Positions 43,463 to 53,373 of a stretch of 64,000 bases of DNA are shown one piece after another. The stretch's first letter is position 1. The number at the start of each line of letters is the position of its first letter. Origin of the DNA: a virus; IMG/VR virus record IMGVR_UViG_3300013117_000371. One strand, 5' to 3'. A program made the position numbers and the translations under genes. The notes beneath the pieces were generated by a model. It made no database searches, was not told the DNA's origin, and saw only the letters and a list, made by a program, of their open reading frames with translations.

Positions 43463-46400
43463 TCATCGAGGAGGGCACCTCTACCCGCCAAGTACGGTCC
43501 ACCGTCAGCTCATCGCCAAACCGCAAGTGGCGGTTCCTCTCAAGGTCCTCATAGTACCAGAAAATCATCGTATCGGCATCGTAGTCGATACCCAACGGCG
43601 TGAGCACCCCCAGGATGTCTGAGAGCCGCACCGGCCGCCCGCTAGTTACCAGTTCAATAACCCGCTCCCTGATCCTCGCCTGCGCCGACGGGATCACGGC
43701 GTCGGTGTCCCCCGTGTAGATGACCGGGCCCACCCCTACTTGCAGCAGCGGCTTTTGCTTCCCCATCATGTTGTCGGCCGTGGCTCGCACGGAGGAGGAG
43801 GACAGGACCGCCTGTACGCTCTCAACGACCGGCGCCTCATAATAGTGGATGTCGAAGGCGTAGCGAGCCACAATGATGTCGTTCCCGTTCTCGTCTACCA
43901 CGTAGGGGGACAGGTACATGTGTGGGTCCTCGTTGGCCCCAAACGAGTACTCCTTGTCGGTGGAGAGGCTGAAACCCGCCATGTAGTAGAAGTCCTGAAT
44001 GCCGAGGTATGTGTTCCCCGCCAGAAAGGAGGAGGGGGCGTCCTGCATGGATTGCACCTCCACGTCCATGTAGTAGAACCCGTACTCCGTGTTGAGGGCC
44101 ATCTCTGCCGGCGTCAGTGACACCACCCCGGTCCGTATGAAGACGCCGACCATCGCTTGGTCACCGGTGGCCCCACTGGAGAATACTGTGTCCACCGTGA
44201 ACGAGGTCTCGTCTATGCTGATGATGGTGTGGTTCCCTTTGAGTTCCTCATTGAGGGTGTCGTTGGTCATGTTGGCCAACAGCCCCAAGTCGGTGACGGC
44301 GGTGCCCCCGGTTACGGTCACCTTCTGCGTGGAGACCAGGTACATACGGAACAGGTCCCCTTGGGCCCGCACGATGACGTCGATGCCGAACCCGTCCTCA
44401 ATTTGCCCGGAGATGCCGTCGGCGTCATCCAACGTGAGTGGGTCAGTGCCTACGAAGTAGATAGTCTTGGCGTTCCCGCCCACTGCCAACGTCAGCGACT
44501 TCCCGGCTACGTCACAAGTCGAAGCGAGGGAGGAGCTGATGATAGCTGAGTACTTCAGCAGCACTATGTCCCCCGGCTTCAGGCGCAGCTCCCCAAAGTC
44601 AAGGGTAGCGGAGTTGGTACTGATGGTGCTGGTCGCCCCCCCACTGACGTCGATGACGAGCTCCGTATGCGCGTCCTCCAGGGTGTACAGCTCCTTGTGA
44701 TCCATGTGGGGGCTGTAGGTGTAGGCCCCCAAGTAGAAGATTGTTGTCAGGGCGGGTGTGAACCACCCGACCATGGCCTCCAGCGGGTGCTCAAAGTAGA
44801 GTCGGACGGTGGCCACTTGCGCAGCGTGGATCTCGAAGGGGACGTCGTCCTCGTCCACTGTGGCGTACCCGTAGGGGGAGTACAGGATGTACGACTGCTC
44901 GTCGTCTACGCTGTACTCCGCCAGGAGGATGCGGGCGGAGTAGTTGTTGCCGGCCCCGTGGAGGATGAGTACGTCCCCCTCCTTGACCCCCATTTCCTCG
45001 ACGTCTCCCGACCAGGCGAATAACCCCAAGCTATTACTGAACGCCCCGGCCGGCGGAGGCACCAGGTGAGCAACGCTGCCCAGGTAGTCCCCCAATGACC
45101 CCTCCTCTTCATCCGGCGGGATGATGACATTGGGGCCGTCGGTGACACTGTCGCCCATTACTCGGCAGGCTAGGGGGTCCCGGTAGTACAGGTTGATAGC
45201 GGTAGTCCCGGTGGCCGCCCGTAACTCGACGTGGTCGATACGGGAGATAGGAGCGTTCACCCCCGCGTCAGTGGAATAAATCTCGTACTCTACGTCCGTG
45301 TCGAACCCGCTCACAGTAGTGGTCAATAGGACGATGAGCCCTCCGCTGTGGAGGGACTGAATTTCGTAGGCCCCCTTCCCTATGTCCGACAAGATTTCGA
45401 GGGTGTCCCCCGGTACCGTAGACGCGGGGGCAGCCGTCCCCAGGATGACGTACTTGGAGAACCCCACGGTCCCGTCCGTCCCCGCCTTCTTCAAGTTCTT
45501 GACGGAGAGCAAGTCCACTTCGTGGTTGACGTACAAGGTGACCGGCTGGTTGGTGCCGGAGTCCCCCATGTCCTCACTCAGGCGGGCCCCGGTTTCGGAC
45601 AGCGCCAGCACCCGGTACACCTGGCGGGGGTCACGATCGTCGATCTCCAACGTAATGATGCTGGGGATCATCGCTGAGTAGTCTTCAGTGGGGTCCGGGT
45701 AGCCCGCTGCCAGGTCCGAATTGAAAACGACGGATGCCAACGTCATCGTGTCGTTCCCTGAGGTCCACGTGGCCAACGCTGTGGCGTAGGGAACCAAGTC
45801 GTACACTCCGTCGAAGGCGCCCACCGAGGCTTCCTCTGTCGTGTGCATGTAGACATCTGTGCAGCCGCCCAAATGGAGGGTGCCGCTCTCCGTGGACTGT
45901 GCAGTCCCATCCGGGAGCATGGCAGTGATGAGGAAGTCGTTGGCGGTGGCCACTCGTCGAGCTTGCCAGTACCCTGTGGTGCCCCCTGCCAAGCTCAGCA
46001 AATTGGAGGGGTCGACCAGAATAACCCAATCCAAGTTGTCCTGAGGGGTGAGGTCGTCATCGTACTCCCCGTCGGCTCGACGGTAGACTACCCAGTCGGT
46101 GAACAGGAGGGCGTTCCCCGGGCCGTAGATGGTGTAGTCATTCCCGGCGGCAAACAGCCCGCTCCACTCGGCGCTTTCCAGAATAAGAGCGGACACCGTG
46201 AAGGTATCCACTGTGGCGAATCGGTCAACGTCAGCGTCGAAATAAAGGTCCCCTTGCTGCACCCCATTCGCTACGAAGTTCCCATCGGCGTCTGTGATTG
46301 CGTAAGATGCGGGGGTAACCGTGTCCGCTACTCCTGAACAACGCACTGTCGGAGAAGCCGGTGCCGACGCTGGGTCGACCTTAGTCAAGTAGAGGCGGCC

Positions 46401-47927
46401 GGAGGATACGTAGGATACATTGAACTCCACGGGAAGCCCCGCCACCATCCCCACCAGGCGGTCCCCTACCTGTACGGGTTTTGTGGCAGTGAAGTCGATT
46501 TGGTTCGCTCCAATGGCGGCAGTAAACTCAATGGCCCCGCCCCTATGCAGAGCTAAGTAATTAGTCTCCGACGGGTCCGCATTGGTAGGGCTCATCTTGA
46601 TGATTTCGATGGGGCCCTTTATCACCGCCATGTAATTCCCGCCAATGATGGGGACGTCGAGGATAGTATGCTCGTCGTAGGTCACCCCATTGTAGATAAG
46701 AAGGAGATCCCCCGCTTCAACCAGGGACATATTCTCCCCAGCTTCCATCAGCCCCACGTAGTGGGGGATGACGCAGCCGTTAGGGGCCGTGTACTCCACC
46801 GAGGTGGAGCCTGCTTCCCCCCAGGGACAGTCGGCGGGGGTGTAGCTATCGAAGTCCGCCGACCCGGCGCCCAACGTAGTTATGGTGTACTCGAACCCGT
46901 TGATGACTATCTTGGTAGGAGCGTAGCCTTCACTGATGTTGGGCGGCATAACGGCGGAGAAGTCCCCCGTGATCTGGTAGGCGTAGGGGATGGTCGCCAG
47001 GGTCCCGCTGCCGGGGGCCCACGCCACCAATGTCCCCGTCCCGTTGCCTACTGGCAAGGTCGCCAAAGTCGTAGCCGTGTACGTCAGGATGTCCCGGTAC
47101 ATGAGGATGTCGCCGTTGCCCACCACGAAAATCTCGGAGATGGCCGGGAACAACTCCATAACTCGGGAGATGATGCCGGAAGAGGTAATAGGGGCATGCT
47201 CTGACACCCAATCCGTGAGGCGGTCCACGTACTCGTCAATGGTCTCCCGGTTGGTGCCGGGCGTCGCCGAGGAGGGGTTCGACGCCCACACGGCGCCTAC
47301 CACGCCGCTGACTCCGATGATCTGAGTCGGGCCGATATTGTAGGCCTCCCCCTCTTCCACGGCTTCGAACGTGGCTTCGACGTAGTAGTAGTTCCTATCC
47401 CGGTTCTGCGCCACCTGCTCGGGGGTGAACTTGTAGAACTCAATGGGCATATAGCTGAGCCCCCCCGCAGTGTAGGCGGAGGCGCCGAAGTTCACCTCGA
47501 TGACCCGGGGGGCGCGGGCATACAGACGGACAGTAACCCGAGCTTTTGAGCCCTGCTGCCGCATGACTTGGAAGACGCTGGCCAGCCCCTCTATCTCCTC
47601 CTCCGTGAGGTAGTCCTTGTAGTAGAGGCTCTGCGCCATTTTCAACCGGAGGATCTCCCGGCGCAGGGGGTCGATGATCACCTTGAAAGGGGTGACCACG
47701 ATGTCGGAGTAGGCGCTGAGCTCCGTGAAGTCCATCTCCGGGAACTCCGACTGGAGCAAGTCCACTACAAAGTCCTTGACGTCGGGAGTGTATGGATCGT
47801 CCCCGAACCGTTCCACCAGGGGGGCGATGACCTTGGTGTAAACGGCCGACCCCTCGGCGGTGGGGATGGACTCGTCGTACTCTGTGTAGAGCTCCTGTAC
47901 GAATTGTATGAGTTTGTCCCTCTCCAT
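43443..47927 (-). CDS. Baseplate J / gp6-like wedge protein, greatly extended (1494 aa)
   Basis: N-terminal ~300 aa: LA..F.V.R..G.KA...V, EA.E.G..YNI, NP..AT.G...ET..EY..R; long beta-rich insert. Confidence 0.85.
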   Translation of the reverse strand: MERDKLIQFVQELYTEYDESIPTAEGSAVYTKVIAPLVERFGDDPYTPDVKDFVVDLLQSEFPEMDFTELSAYSDIVVTPFKVIIDPLRREILRLKMAQSLYYKDYLTEEEIEGLASVFQVMRQQGSKARVTVRLYARAPRVIEVNFGASAYTAGGLSYMPIEFYKFTPEQVAQNRDRNYYYVEATFEAVEEGEAYNIGPTQIIGVSGVVGAVWASNPSSATPGTNRETIDEYVDRLTDWVSEHAPITSSGIISRVMELFPAISEIFVVGNGDILMYRDILTYTATTLATLPVGNGTGTLVAWAPGSGTLATIPYAYQITGDFSAVMPPNISEGYAPTKIVINGFEYTITTLGAGSADFDSYTPADCPWGEAGSTSVEYTAPNGCVIPHYVGLMEAGENMSLVEAGDLLLIYNGVTYDEHTILDVPIIGGNYMAVIKGPIEIIKMSPTNADPSETNYLALHRGGAIEFTAAIGANQIDFTATKPVQVGDRLVGMVAGLPVEFNVSYVSSGRLYLTKVDPASAPASPTVRCSGVADTVTPASYAITDADGNFVANGVQQGDLYFDADVDRFATVDTFTVSALILESAEWSGLFAAGNDYTIYGPGNALLFTDWVVYRRADGEYDDDLTPQDNLDWVILVDPSNLLSLAGGTTGYWQARRVATANDFLITAMLPDGTAQSTESGTLHLGGCTDVYMHTTEEASVGAFDGVYDLVPYATALATWTSGNDTMTLASVVFNSDLAAGYPDPTEDYSAMIPSIITLEIDDRDPRQVYRVLALSETGARLSEDMGDSGTNQPVTLYVNHEVDLLSVKNLKKAGTDGTVGFSKYVILGTAAPASTVPGDTLEILSDIGKGAYEIQSLHSGGLIVLLTTTVSGFDTDVEYEIYSTDAGVNAPISRIDHVELRAATGTTAINLYYRDPLACRVMGDSVTDGPNVIIPPDEEEGSLGDYLGSVAHLVPPPAGAFSNSLGLFAWSGDVEEMGVKEGDVLILHGAGNNYSARILLAEYSVDDEQSYILYSPYGYATVDEDDVPFEIHAAQVATVRLYFEHPLEAMVGWFTPALTTIFYLGAYTYSPHMDHKELYTLEDAHTELVIDVSGGATSTISTNSATLDFGELRLKPGDIVLLKYSAIISSSLASTCDVAGKSLTLAVGGNAKTIYFVGTDPLTLDDADGISGQIEDGFGIDVIVRAQGDLFRMYLVSTQKVTVTGGTAVTDLGLLANMTNDTLNEELKGNHTIISIDETSFTVDTVFSSGATGDQAMVGVFIRTGVVSLTPAEMALNTEYGFYYMDVEVQSMQDAPSSFLAGNTYLGIQDFYYMAGFSLSTDKEYSFGANEDPHMYLSPYVVDENGNDIIVARYAFDIHYYEAPVVESVQAVLSSSSVRATADNMMGKQKPLLQVGVGPVIYTGDTDAVIPSAQARIRERVIELVTSGRPVRLSDILGVLTPLGIDYDADTMIFWYYEDLERNRHLRFGDELTVDRTWRVEVPSSMIIFAGS

Positions 47928-47930
47928 CCC

Positions 47931-48560
47931 TTATACCTCCGTCGAAAGGTGCACCAGCAAGCTCCCGGCTCGAGTAATAGCCCGCATGTACACGGCGACG
48001 GACAACGTCCCCGGCAAAGTGAGAAGTGTCAACACCTCCAAGGACTCGAGGGTTTCATTGTTCATGAGGTTTTCCTGGCCCCGCTGAGTGGTCAAGATGG
48101 TTTCTTCCATCCTTTTTACCCGCTCCGTAATGAGGTAAGGGAGGCCCTCCAGCCCCACTTCGTTCATGTCCGTCTGCGTTACCAGTATCCCCACCCCGCT
48201 ATGGTCCATAATGGAGCCAACTTCCGTCAACCACAAGCGGCAGATCAGCTGCAACAGTCGGTCCGGCCCAGCGAGGAACTGGCTGGGCTCCAGGGTAACC
48301 TGCACCCCTGCCGAATGTAAGGAGTAAGGCTCTACGTACACGGAGATGCGTCCGAAGTCGGGGACTGGGGGGAGGGCCCGAATCTTATTGGGACCCATCA
48401 GTACCCAAGTGGTGACGGAAATACCATCCAGGTAGATGGCAGTGACGTCCTTGATCTCATCCCGAACGTATATGTCCAATGAAGGCGGGGTCATGCTGAC
48501 CCACTGCAACTTCAAAATGGTGGCTTTCGCTACTGGCCGAGTGGCTCGCAGGTCATGCAC
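47931..48560 (-). CDS. gp25-like baseplate wedge/sheath initiator with N-terminal Ig-like domain
   Basis: L.G.DRLLQ.I...LT..GS......G, E.L..L.V pattern; directly upstream of baseplate J. Confidence 0.65.
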   Translation of the reverse strand: MHDLRATRPVAKATILKLQWVSMTPPSLDIYVRDEIKDVTAIYLDGISVTTWVLMGPNKIRALPPVPDFGRISVYVEPYSLHSAGVQVTLEPSQFLAGPDRLLQLICRLWLTEVGSIMDHSGVGILVTQTDMNEVGLEGLPYLITERVKRMEETILTTQRGQENLMNNETLESLEVLTLLTLPGTLSVAVYMRAITRAGSLLVHLSTEV

Positions 48561-48747
48561 CGAGCACCTCGTCGCACACCTGAATGATCATCACCAGCTC
48601 CTCCTCCGCCCGCAGGAGGTCCTGATACCTCCGCAGGGCGGCTTGGAAGGGAGACTGCCGCACAGTAGCCGCCCGACTGCGCAAAGAAGGAGCTAAGCTC
48701 AAGATGAGCTGAACTTTCCCCGCAAGGTCGTCCGCAACTGCCGTCAT
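48553..48747 (-). CDS. Small helical hypothetical protein (64 aa)
   Basis: Coupled overlaps on both sides. Confidence 0.65.
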   Translation of the reverse strand: MTAVADDLAGKVQLILSLAPSLRSRAATVRQSPFQAALRRYQDLLRAEEELVMIIQVCDEVLGA

Positions 48748-51401
48748 TTCACGTACTCCGTCTCATCTTCCAAGGAATACTCTACACCATCTGCGTTAGG
48801 ATTCAACCTTTGCGTGGTCGCATCGTCCGGATCGTCCCCTTCATATCCGAAAAGCTGCTCAAAAGAGCCCCCCGGCATGGGGGATGCCGCAACTATCTCC
48901 GCATCCCCCTCATTGGCAATGAAGAACCGGTCGAACCACGCCCGGTCCAGGGCGCCTCCCAGCACCTTTTTGCTCTGGTCCTCCAGGTACTCTCTAACTC
49001 CGGTAGCGGCCCCCACGGGGGCGTAGAGGAAGTCGTTGTCTACGAATTGGTCGAGCAAAGCTATGTAGGCCATAAGGGCCGCAGCCAAAGCAGCCTGCGC
49101 CATTGCTGGGGAGGGCGTCGTCGCGCCAAAAGGGGCAGAGGTGCGGTAGGCGTCCAGGTCCTGAAGGTAGGGGATGCCTTGCGCAGCGAAGCCGCCGTAA
49201 GCCTGGTACGTTCCCGGCGTTGCCAACAGGTCGAACATGGCAAGGGGAACGTCGTCAGCCATCTCCATGAAGGTGTCAGTGAGGGCCGCCACGTAGGTCA
49301 ACACAGGCCAAGTCGCCCCCAACGTGAACAGGTACTGCACATCCTCGTATTTGGGCGGGGTACTGCCAGTTGGGTCCCACCCACTGGGGAACTCAGCCGT
49401 AGCGGGAATGGTGAACGCTTCGTAGTAAGGCTGGGGGTACACTGAGGGTGTGAACGCTTCCTCCCCAGGTAACGGGAGAGGAACGTTCAGCAGCCAGTCC
49501 CCCTTCCTCACGGAGGACTTCCCCAGCACTGTCGTAACCAGGGAGAACCGGCGGGTGGTGGCGTAGGCATACCCCCCGTCGAACCCGTAAACATCCGCCC
49601 CGGAACCCCCCCACTCCATGTACAGGACATTGGGGAGATCGTCGGTGATCAGGCGAACCTTAACCCGGTCTCGGCGGGCCTTGACTTCAAAGGTTCCCGG
49701 GCCGCCCCCGACGGTGGGGTCACGGAGCAAAGTGACGCTGGTGTCCCCTACTGAAAGTATCGGGTAAGCCCGCCATTGCTTCTCTCCGAGCTCCCTCAGG
49801 AGAACTACCCAGTCCAGGGCGATGCTGGTGAAAGCATAGGGGACTATGGCGCTGTTCAGGGTGAGCGTCTGCATAGCAGACTCGGTCGACTGGTCCGAAC
49901 GGATGAAATCCAGAATGGGGGTGTCCTCCAAGTAAATGGACTCTCCCCAAGCTACTTCAGGCAAGTCAAAGGGATTAGAGGACACGCGCAGGAAGGCCCA
50001 ATCTCCATAGTCGTCGACATAGGCATGGAGGTTGCTCCCGAGCACCTCCCCATGGAAGGGCGCCCCCAACGCCTCAATGGCCGCCGCTAGCTGCGTCGGG
50101 GTGTACGTCCCCGGGACCAACGACAGGTCTGCGCTTGACGTATACGTAGTAAACGTGGTGACCTGGTTATCATCCGTCCCGTACTGAATGGCCTCCTCCG
50201 GGTCGATATTCAAGTAGTCGTAACTACGGGGGTACCCATTGACCGTCCCATACCAGGACAGGTAGTCTTCGGAGGATTCTCCCAACGTAGTCACCGTCAC
50301 TACCGTCCCCGCTGAGGTCACCACTACTCCGTCGTCGCCGGCGGCCGGCAGAAAGCCCTGCAACGCCGCCACGATGTTTGCCACCGTCACTGCTGCCCCC
50401 AAAGGAGTGGTGCCGGAGTAGGTGCTCCCATTGATGATCATGGAGAAGTCGGAACCGAAGTGGATTGTCCCCAGGATGGCCCCAACGAACGTCATGGTTG
50501 GGCAGTAGATGAACGCCTCCCCCACTGATTCGACCAGGTGCCATTGGTCGCCCGGGGGGAGGGCGGGGACATTGAGCCAATCCCCCGCCGAGATACTTGC
50601 GGCATCAGCTACTTGCACGAAGCCGCCAGCTACAGCGTTCATCGCCACCGGGCCGTACCGAATGGTGTTGACGGGGTCTGCAAGCACGTCGAACGAAAGG
50701 ATTGCCGCCCCCGCTTCGGTGATGGTGACATCGCTACTGGTCCCGAACATAGCCGGGGGGGATGCTGTCGGCATTGCCCAAGTCGTCAGTGTCCCCCAGT
50801 TCACCGCTACCGAGAACTGGTCCCCCGGCGCCGACGGGAAGGGGCCGGTACGCCCGACGATCTCCCCTTTGGTGATGGGCCCAAGGGGAACCAGCGCCCC
50901 GGTGTACTTGGGTTGCAAATACGAGTCGTTCCAGGACAGCCCCAGCAGGTTCCTGTAAACGTTGAAGTGCTCCTCGAGCCCCTCCTCTTTGCAGTACTCA
51001 AGCAGGGGAGCCAGAGTGATAGCGTCCGCCCCATTCAGGATGCCCGAAGTTTGAAAGATAGTGCCCCAATTGCTCAACTTCTGATGGTTGCGGTTGAACT
51101 CGTCCCAAACGATGGCCTTGTACCTTGTGCTCTCCTCCAAGGTAGCGGCGGCCTGGTTCAGGGCGCTCTCCAGGTCTTCGGCGGTCACTTCCGCTGTGTA
51201 ATGAACGTAAGTGGGGGAGTTCAGAACGTCCAGGAGCGACTCGGCTGCAATCTTCTGGTCGGCGGCTACCCGGCAAGCCCAGGAGAAGGATTGCGCTTGA
51301 ACATGGAGGATACTGTCAGGGTCAAGGAGAAAATTGACCAGCAATGAGCACCTGGCGGCCGCCACCGGGCCGAACTTGTCTAATTGTTCCGGGCGGATCA
51401 C
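48744..51401 (-). CDS. Virion structural protein (885 aa)
   Basis: Within the baseplate module; beta-rich Gly/Thr/Ala middle and helical ends. Confidence 0.75.
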   Translation of the reverse strand: MIRPEQLDKFGPVAAARCSLLVNFLLDPDSILHVQAQSFSWACRVAADQKIAAESLLDVLNSPTYVHYTAEVTAEDLESALNQAAATLEESTRYKAIVWDEFNRNHQKLSNWGTIFQTSGILNGADAITLAPLLEYCKEEGLEEHFNVYRNLLGLSWNDSYLQPKYTGALVPLGPITKGEIVGRTGPFPSAPGDQFSVAVNWGTLTTWAMPTASPPAMFGTSSDVTITEAGAAILSFDVLADPVNTIRYGPVAMNAVAGGFVQVADAASISAGDWLNVPALPPGDQWHLVESVGEAFIYCPTMTFVGAILGTIHFGSDFSMIINGSTYSGTTPLGAAVTVANIVAALQGFLPAAGDDGVVVTSAGTVVTVTTLGESSEDYLSWYGTVNGYPRSYDYLNIDPEEAIQYGTDDNQVTTFTTYTSSADLSLVPGTYTPTQLAAAIEALGAPFHGEVLGSNLHAYVDDYGDWAFLRVSSNPFDLPEVAWGESIYLEDTPILDFIRSDQSTESAMQTLTLNSAIVPYAFTSIALDWVVLLRELGEKQWRAYPILSVGDTSVTLLRDPTVGGGPGTFEVKARRDRVKVRLITDDLPNVLYMEWGGSGADVYGFDGGYAYATTRRFSLVTTVLGKSSVRKGDWLLNVPLPLPGEEAFTPSVYPQPYYEAFTIPATAEFPSGWDPTGSTPPKYEDVQYLFTLGATWPVLTYVAALTDTFMEMADDVPLAMFDLLATPGTYQAYGGFAAQGIPYLQDLDAYRTSAPFGATTPSPAMAQAALAAALMAYIALLDQFVDNDFLYAPVGAATGVREYLEDQSKKVLGGALDRAWFDRFFIANEGDAEIVAASPMPGGSFEQLFGYEGDDPDDATTQRLNPNADGVEYSLEDETEYVK

Positions 51402-52297
51402 GTGACCTCCACGGTTACCAAGGAGGCTACTTCGTCAATGGCGCCTTCCACCCCGAACAGCTGGGCGATGTTGGCGGAGATGACCGCCGTCCCCGCCCCC
51501 ACCCCCTTGATGGTGATTATCCCGGCCCCCTTGGTCACGGTAGCCACCGAGTCGTCGCTGCTGACAAACTCCACACCTATGGTTTCCGCCGCTTCCGACA
51601 GTACCTGGTCAATCAAGGAGGAGTCCTCCGCTGGGTCGAGGACCAACCCACTCAAGTAGCGCTCCGTGTAGGCTACCTCTTCTTCATCCCCCACCTCCAG
51701 GGACAACGTCGACGAGGCCATCAGGAGGGTATCCAATAACGGGAACAGGACGTCCTGCAAGGCTGCAGAGGCGGCGTCCGGAACTATGATTTCCCAGGAG
51801 GGGAGGCGATGCACGACCACCCGGTAACGCACCCCCCGAGGCAACTCCGCTATGGTTGGGACCGACGACTCGCAGCGAAGGACGGTGGAGACCGGGAAGT
51901 GAATGTCGGTCAAGCTCGACTCCCGAAACCCGAACTCGTCGCCCTGCTGAAGCTCGAACACCATCTGGTCGCTGGACTGGTAAGTGACGTACCCCCCGCA
52001 GAGGCACAGGTGAGGGTTGCTCACGGCGGGGAACACCACCTTGGTCACCGTTATCTCAAAATCATTGACGTCGGCGCCCACAGTCATAGCGTAGGGGGTG
52101 CTGGCTTCGTAGGCCCCGGTAGTAAGGAGGATACGTACGACGTAGTCCCCCTCCTCCAGCAGGAAGTCCGCCACGCCCAAGGCATCGGTGTCCTGGAAGG
52201 TGACCAATGCCCCACCTTGGAACACCGCCACTCGGGCAATCAACGCTATGAGGGCATCAAATTGGTCTTTTACGGTTACGGTTACGGCTTTGCTCAT
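51398..52297 (-). CDS. Virion protein with prealbumin-like N-domain and C-terminal Big_2 Ig domain
   Basis: TD..GVA.F.L.EGDY.V; C-terminal FVSSDDSVATV..G.ITIKGVGAGTAVISAN. Confidence 0.75.
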   Translation of the reverse strand: MSKAVTVTVKDQFDALIALIARVAVFQGGALVTFQDTDALGVADFLLEEGDYVVRILLTTGAYEASTPYAMTVGADVNDFEITVTKVVFPAVSNPHLCLCGGYVTYQSSDQMVFELQQGDEFGFRESSLTDIHFPVSTVLRCESSVPTIAELPRGVRYRVVVHRLPSWEIIVPDAASAALQDVLFPLLDTLLMASSTLSLEVGDEEEVAYTERYLSGLVLDPAEDSSLIDQVLSEAAETIGVEFVSSDDSVATVTKGAGIITIKGVGAGTAVISANIAQLFGVEGAIDEVASLVTVEVT

Positions 52298-53199
52298 GAA
52301 GTCCTCTCTGCGTCTGGGTAGACAGTGTCCTGGACGTCGAAGTAGTCGTTCTCCCCCAGGTAGTCGGAGAGGTTGAAATCCTCCGCTGGAACAGTGAACC
52401 GACGCACGATGGAAGTGTTCTCCACCGAGACCTCCACTTCAATCCCAGGGACCAAGGCGATGGACGCCTCCCCTGTGGCCGACGTCTTGATCACCGTCCG
52501 CCCCTCCAAAGCGATAAATTGCGCTGCCTCCACATGCTCAATGGGGGTCAAACAAGTGATGGCAATGTTCCGGAAAGCCACCGGGTCACCCCCCATGTCA
52601 ACCAGGAAGGCGGACAGGGTAACCAAGCTCACCGGGGGGATGTAGCCTATGTTCGGGACCTCGATGTACGACCCGGTCACCTCGGACAGGTACTCATCCT
52701 GGGTGCCGTCAATGTCAAGCTCGTGGTTGTTGGTGTCGAAAGTGGCGCCGCTCTTGTACAAGCTGAATCGGTACTGCCCGTCCTCCAACTGGAAGGTGAC
52801 CTGCCCATCAGCGTTGGTAACGGCGTACGTGATCAACTCCCGCCCCCCGTCCACCCATTGGGAAATGATGACTGTAATGTCGGCCATCTCAAGCCCGTCC
52901 TCGTCGACCACTGAAATGATGACGTCGTGGAGATAATCCGCCGACTCGTAAATGTAGATCGACTGGGTGTCCGTAGCCACCGTCTCCCCACCCAGTTGCA
53001 CGTTCCAGGTGGCTGCGTAGCTGCCGGCTTCATCGAGGATGAGGGACCGCAAATATACCCCTTGCAACGTTGGGTGTTCGGTGCACGCATACTCCACCCC
53101 ATCGACTGTCACCGTAACGGCCAACCCCGTGCGGTACTCGGGGTCCACGTAGGTCAAGGAGAGGGCTTTACCCATAATGCCTATTGTGGGAGCCAGCAT
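52294..53199 (-). CDS. Virion Ig/prealbumin-like protein (301 aa), paralog of 9731..10639
   Basis: TNADGQVTFQLEDGQYRFSLYKSG; LVPG.EVEVSV.NTSI.RRFTVP shared with 9731..10639. Confidence 0.8.
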   Translation of the reverse strand: MLAPTIGIMGKALSLTYVDPEYRTGLAVTVTVDGVEYACTEHPTLQGVYLRSLILDEAGSYAATWNVQLGGETVATDTQSIYIYESADYLHDVIISVVDEDGLEMADITVIISQWVDGGRELITYAVTNADGQVTFQLEDGQYRFSLYKSGATFDTNNHELDIDGTQDEYLSEVTGSYIEVPNIGYIPPVSLVTLSAFLVDMGGDPVAFRNIAITCLTPIEHVEAAQFIALEGRTVIKTSATGEASIALVPGIEVEVSVENTSIVRRFTVPAEDFNLSDYLGENDYFDVQDTVYPDAERTS

Positions 53200-53373
53200 C
53201 TACTCCTCCGCTGTCTGCGCCTGGTCAATGAGGCCCTGCACTTCATCGTACTTATCCTCCCGGGCCAAAATGTGGTCAAGGGCGTCCTTCTCCGCCCGGA
53301 CCCGTTCGAGCTCCAGCTCGGCCCACTCTTTCACCGCTGTAGCTACCGCTTTGGCCTCCTCAAGGCTTGGCAT
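53200..53373 (-). CDS. Small coiled-coil protein (57 aa, MPSLEEAKAVATAVKEWAELELERV...)
   Basis: Below the ORF-track cut-off; SD GGAGG; fills the gap exactly. Confidence 0.7.
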   Translation of the reverse strand: MPSLEEAKAVATAVKEWAELELERVRAEKDALDHILAREDKYDEVQGLIDQAQTAEE

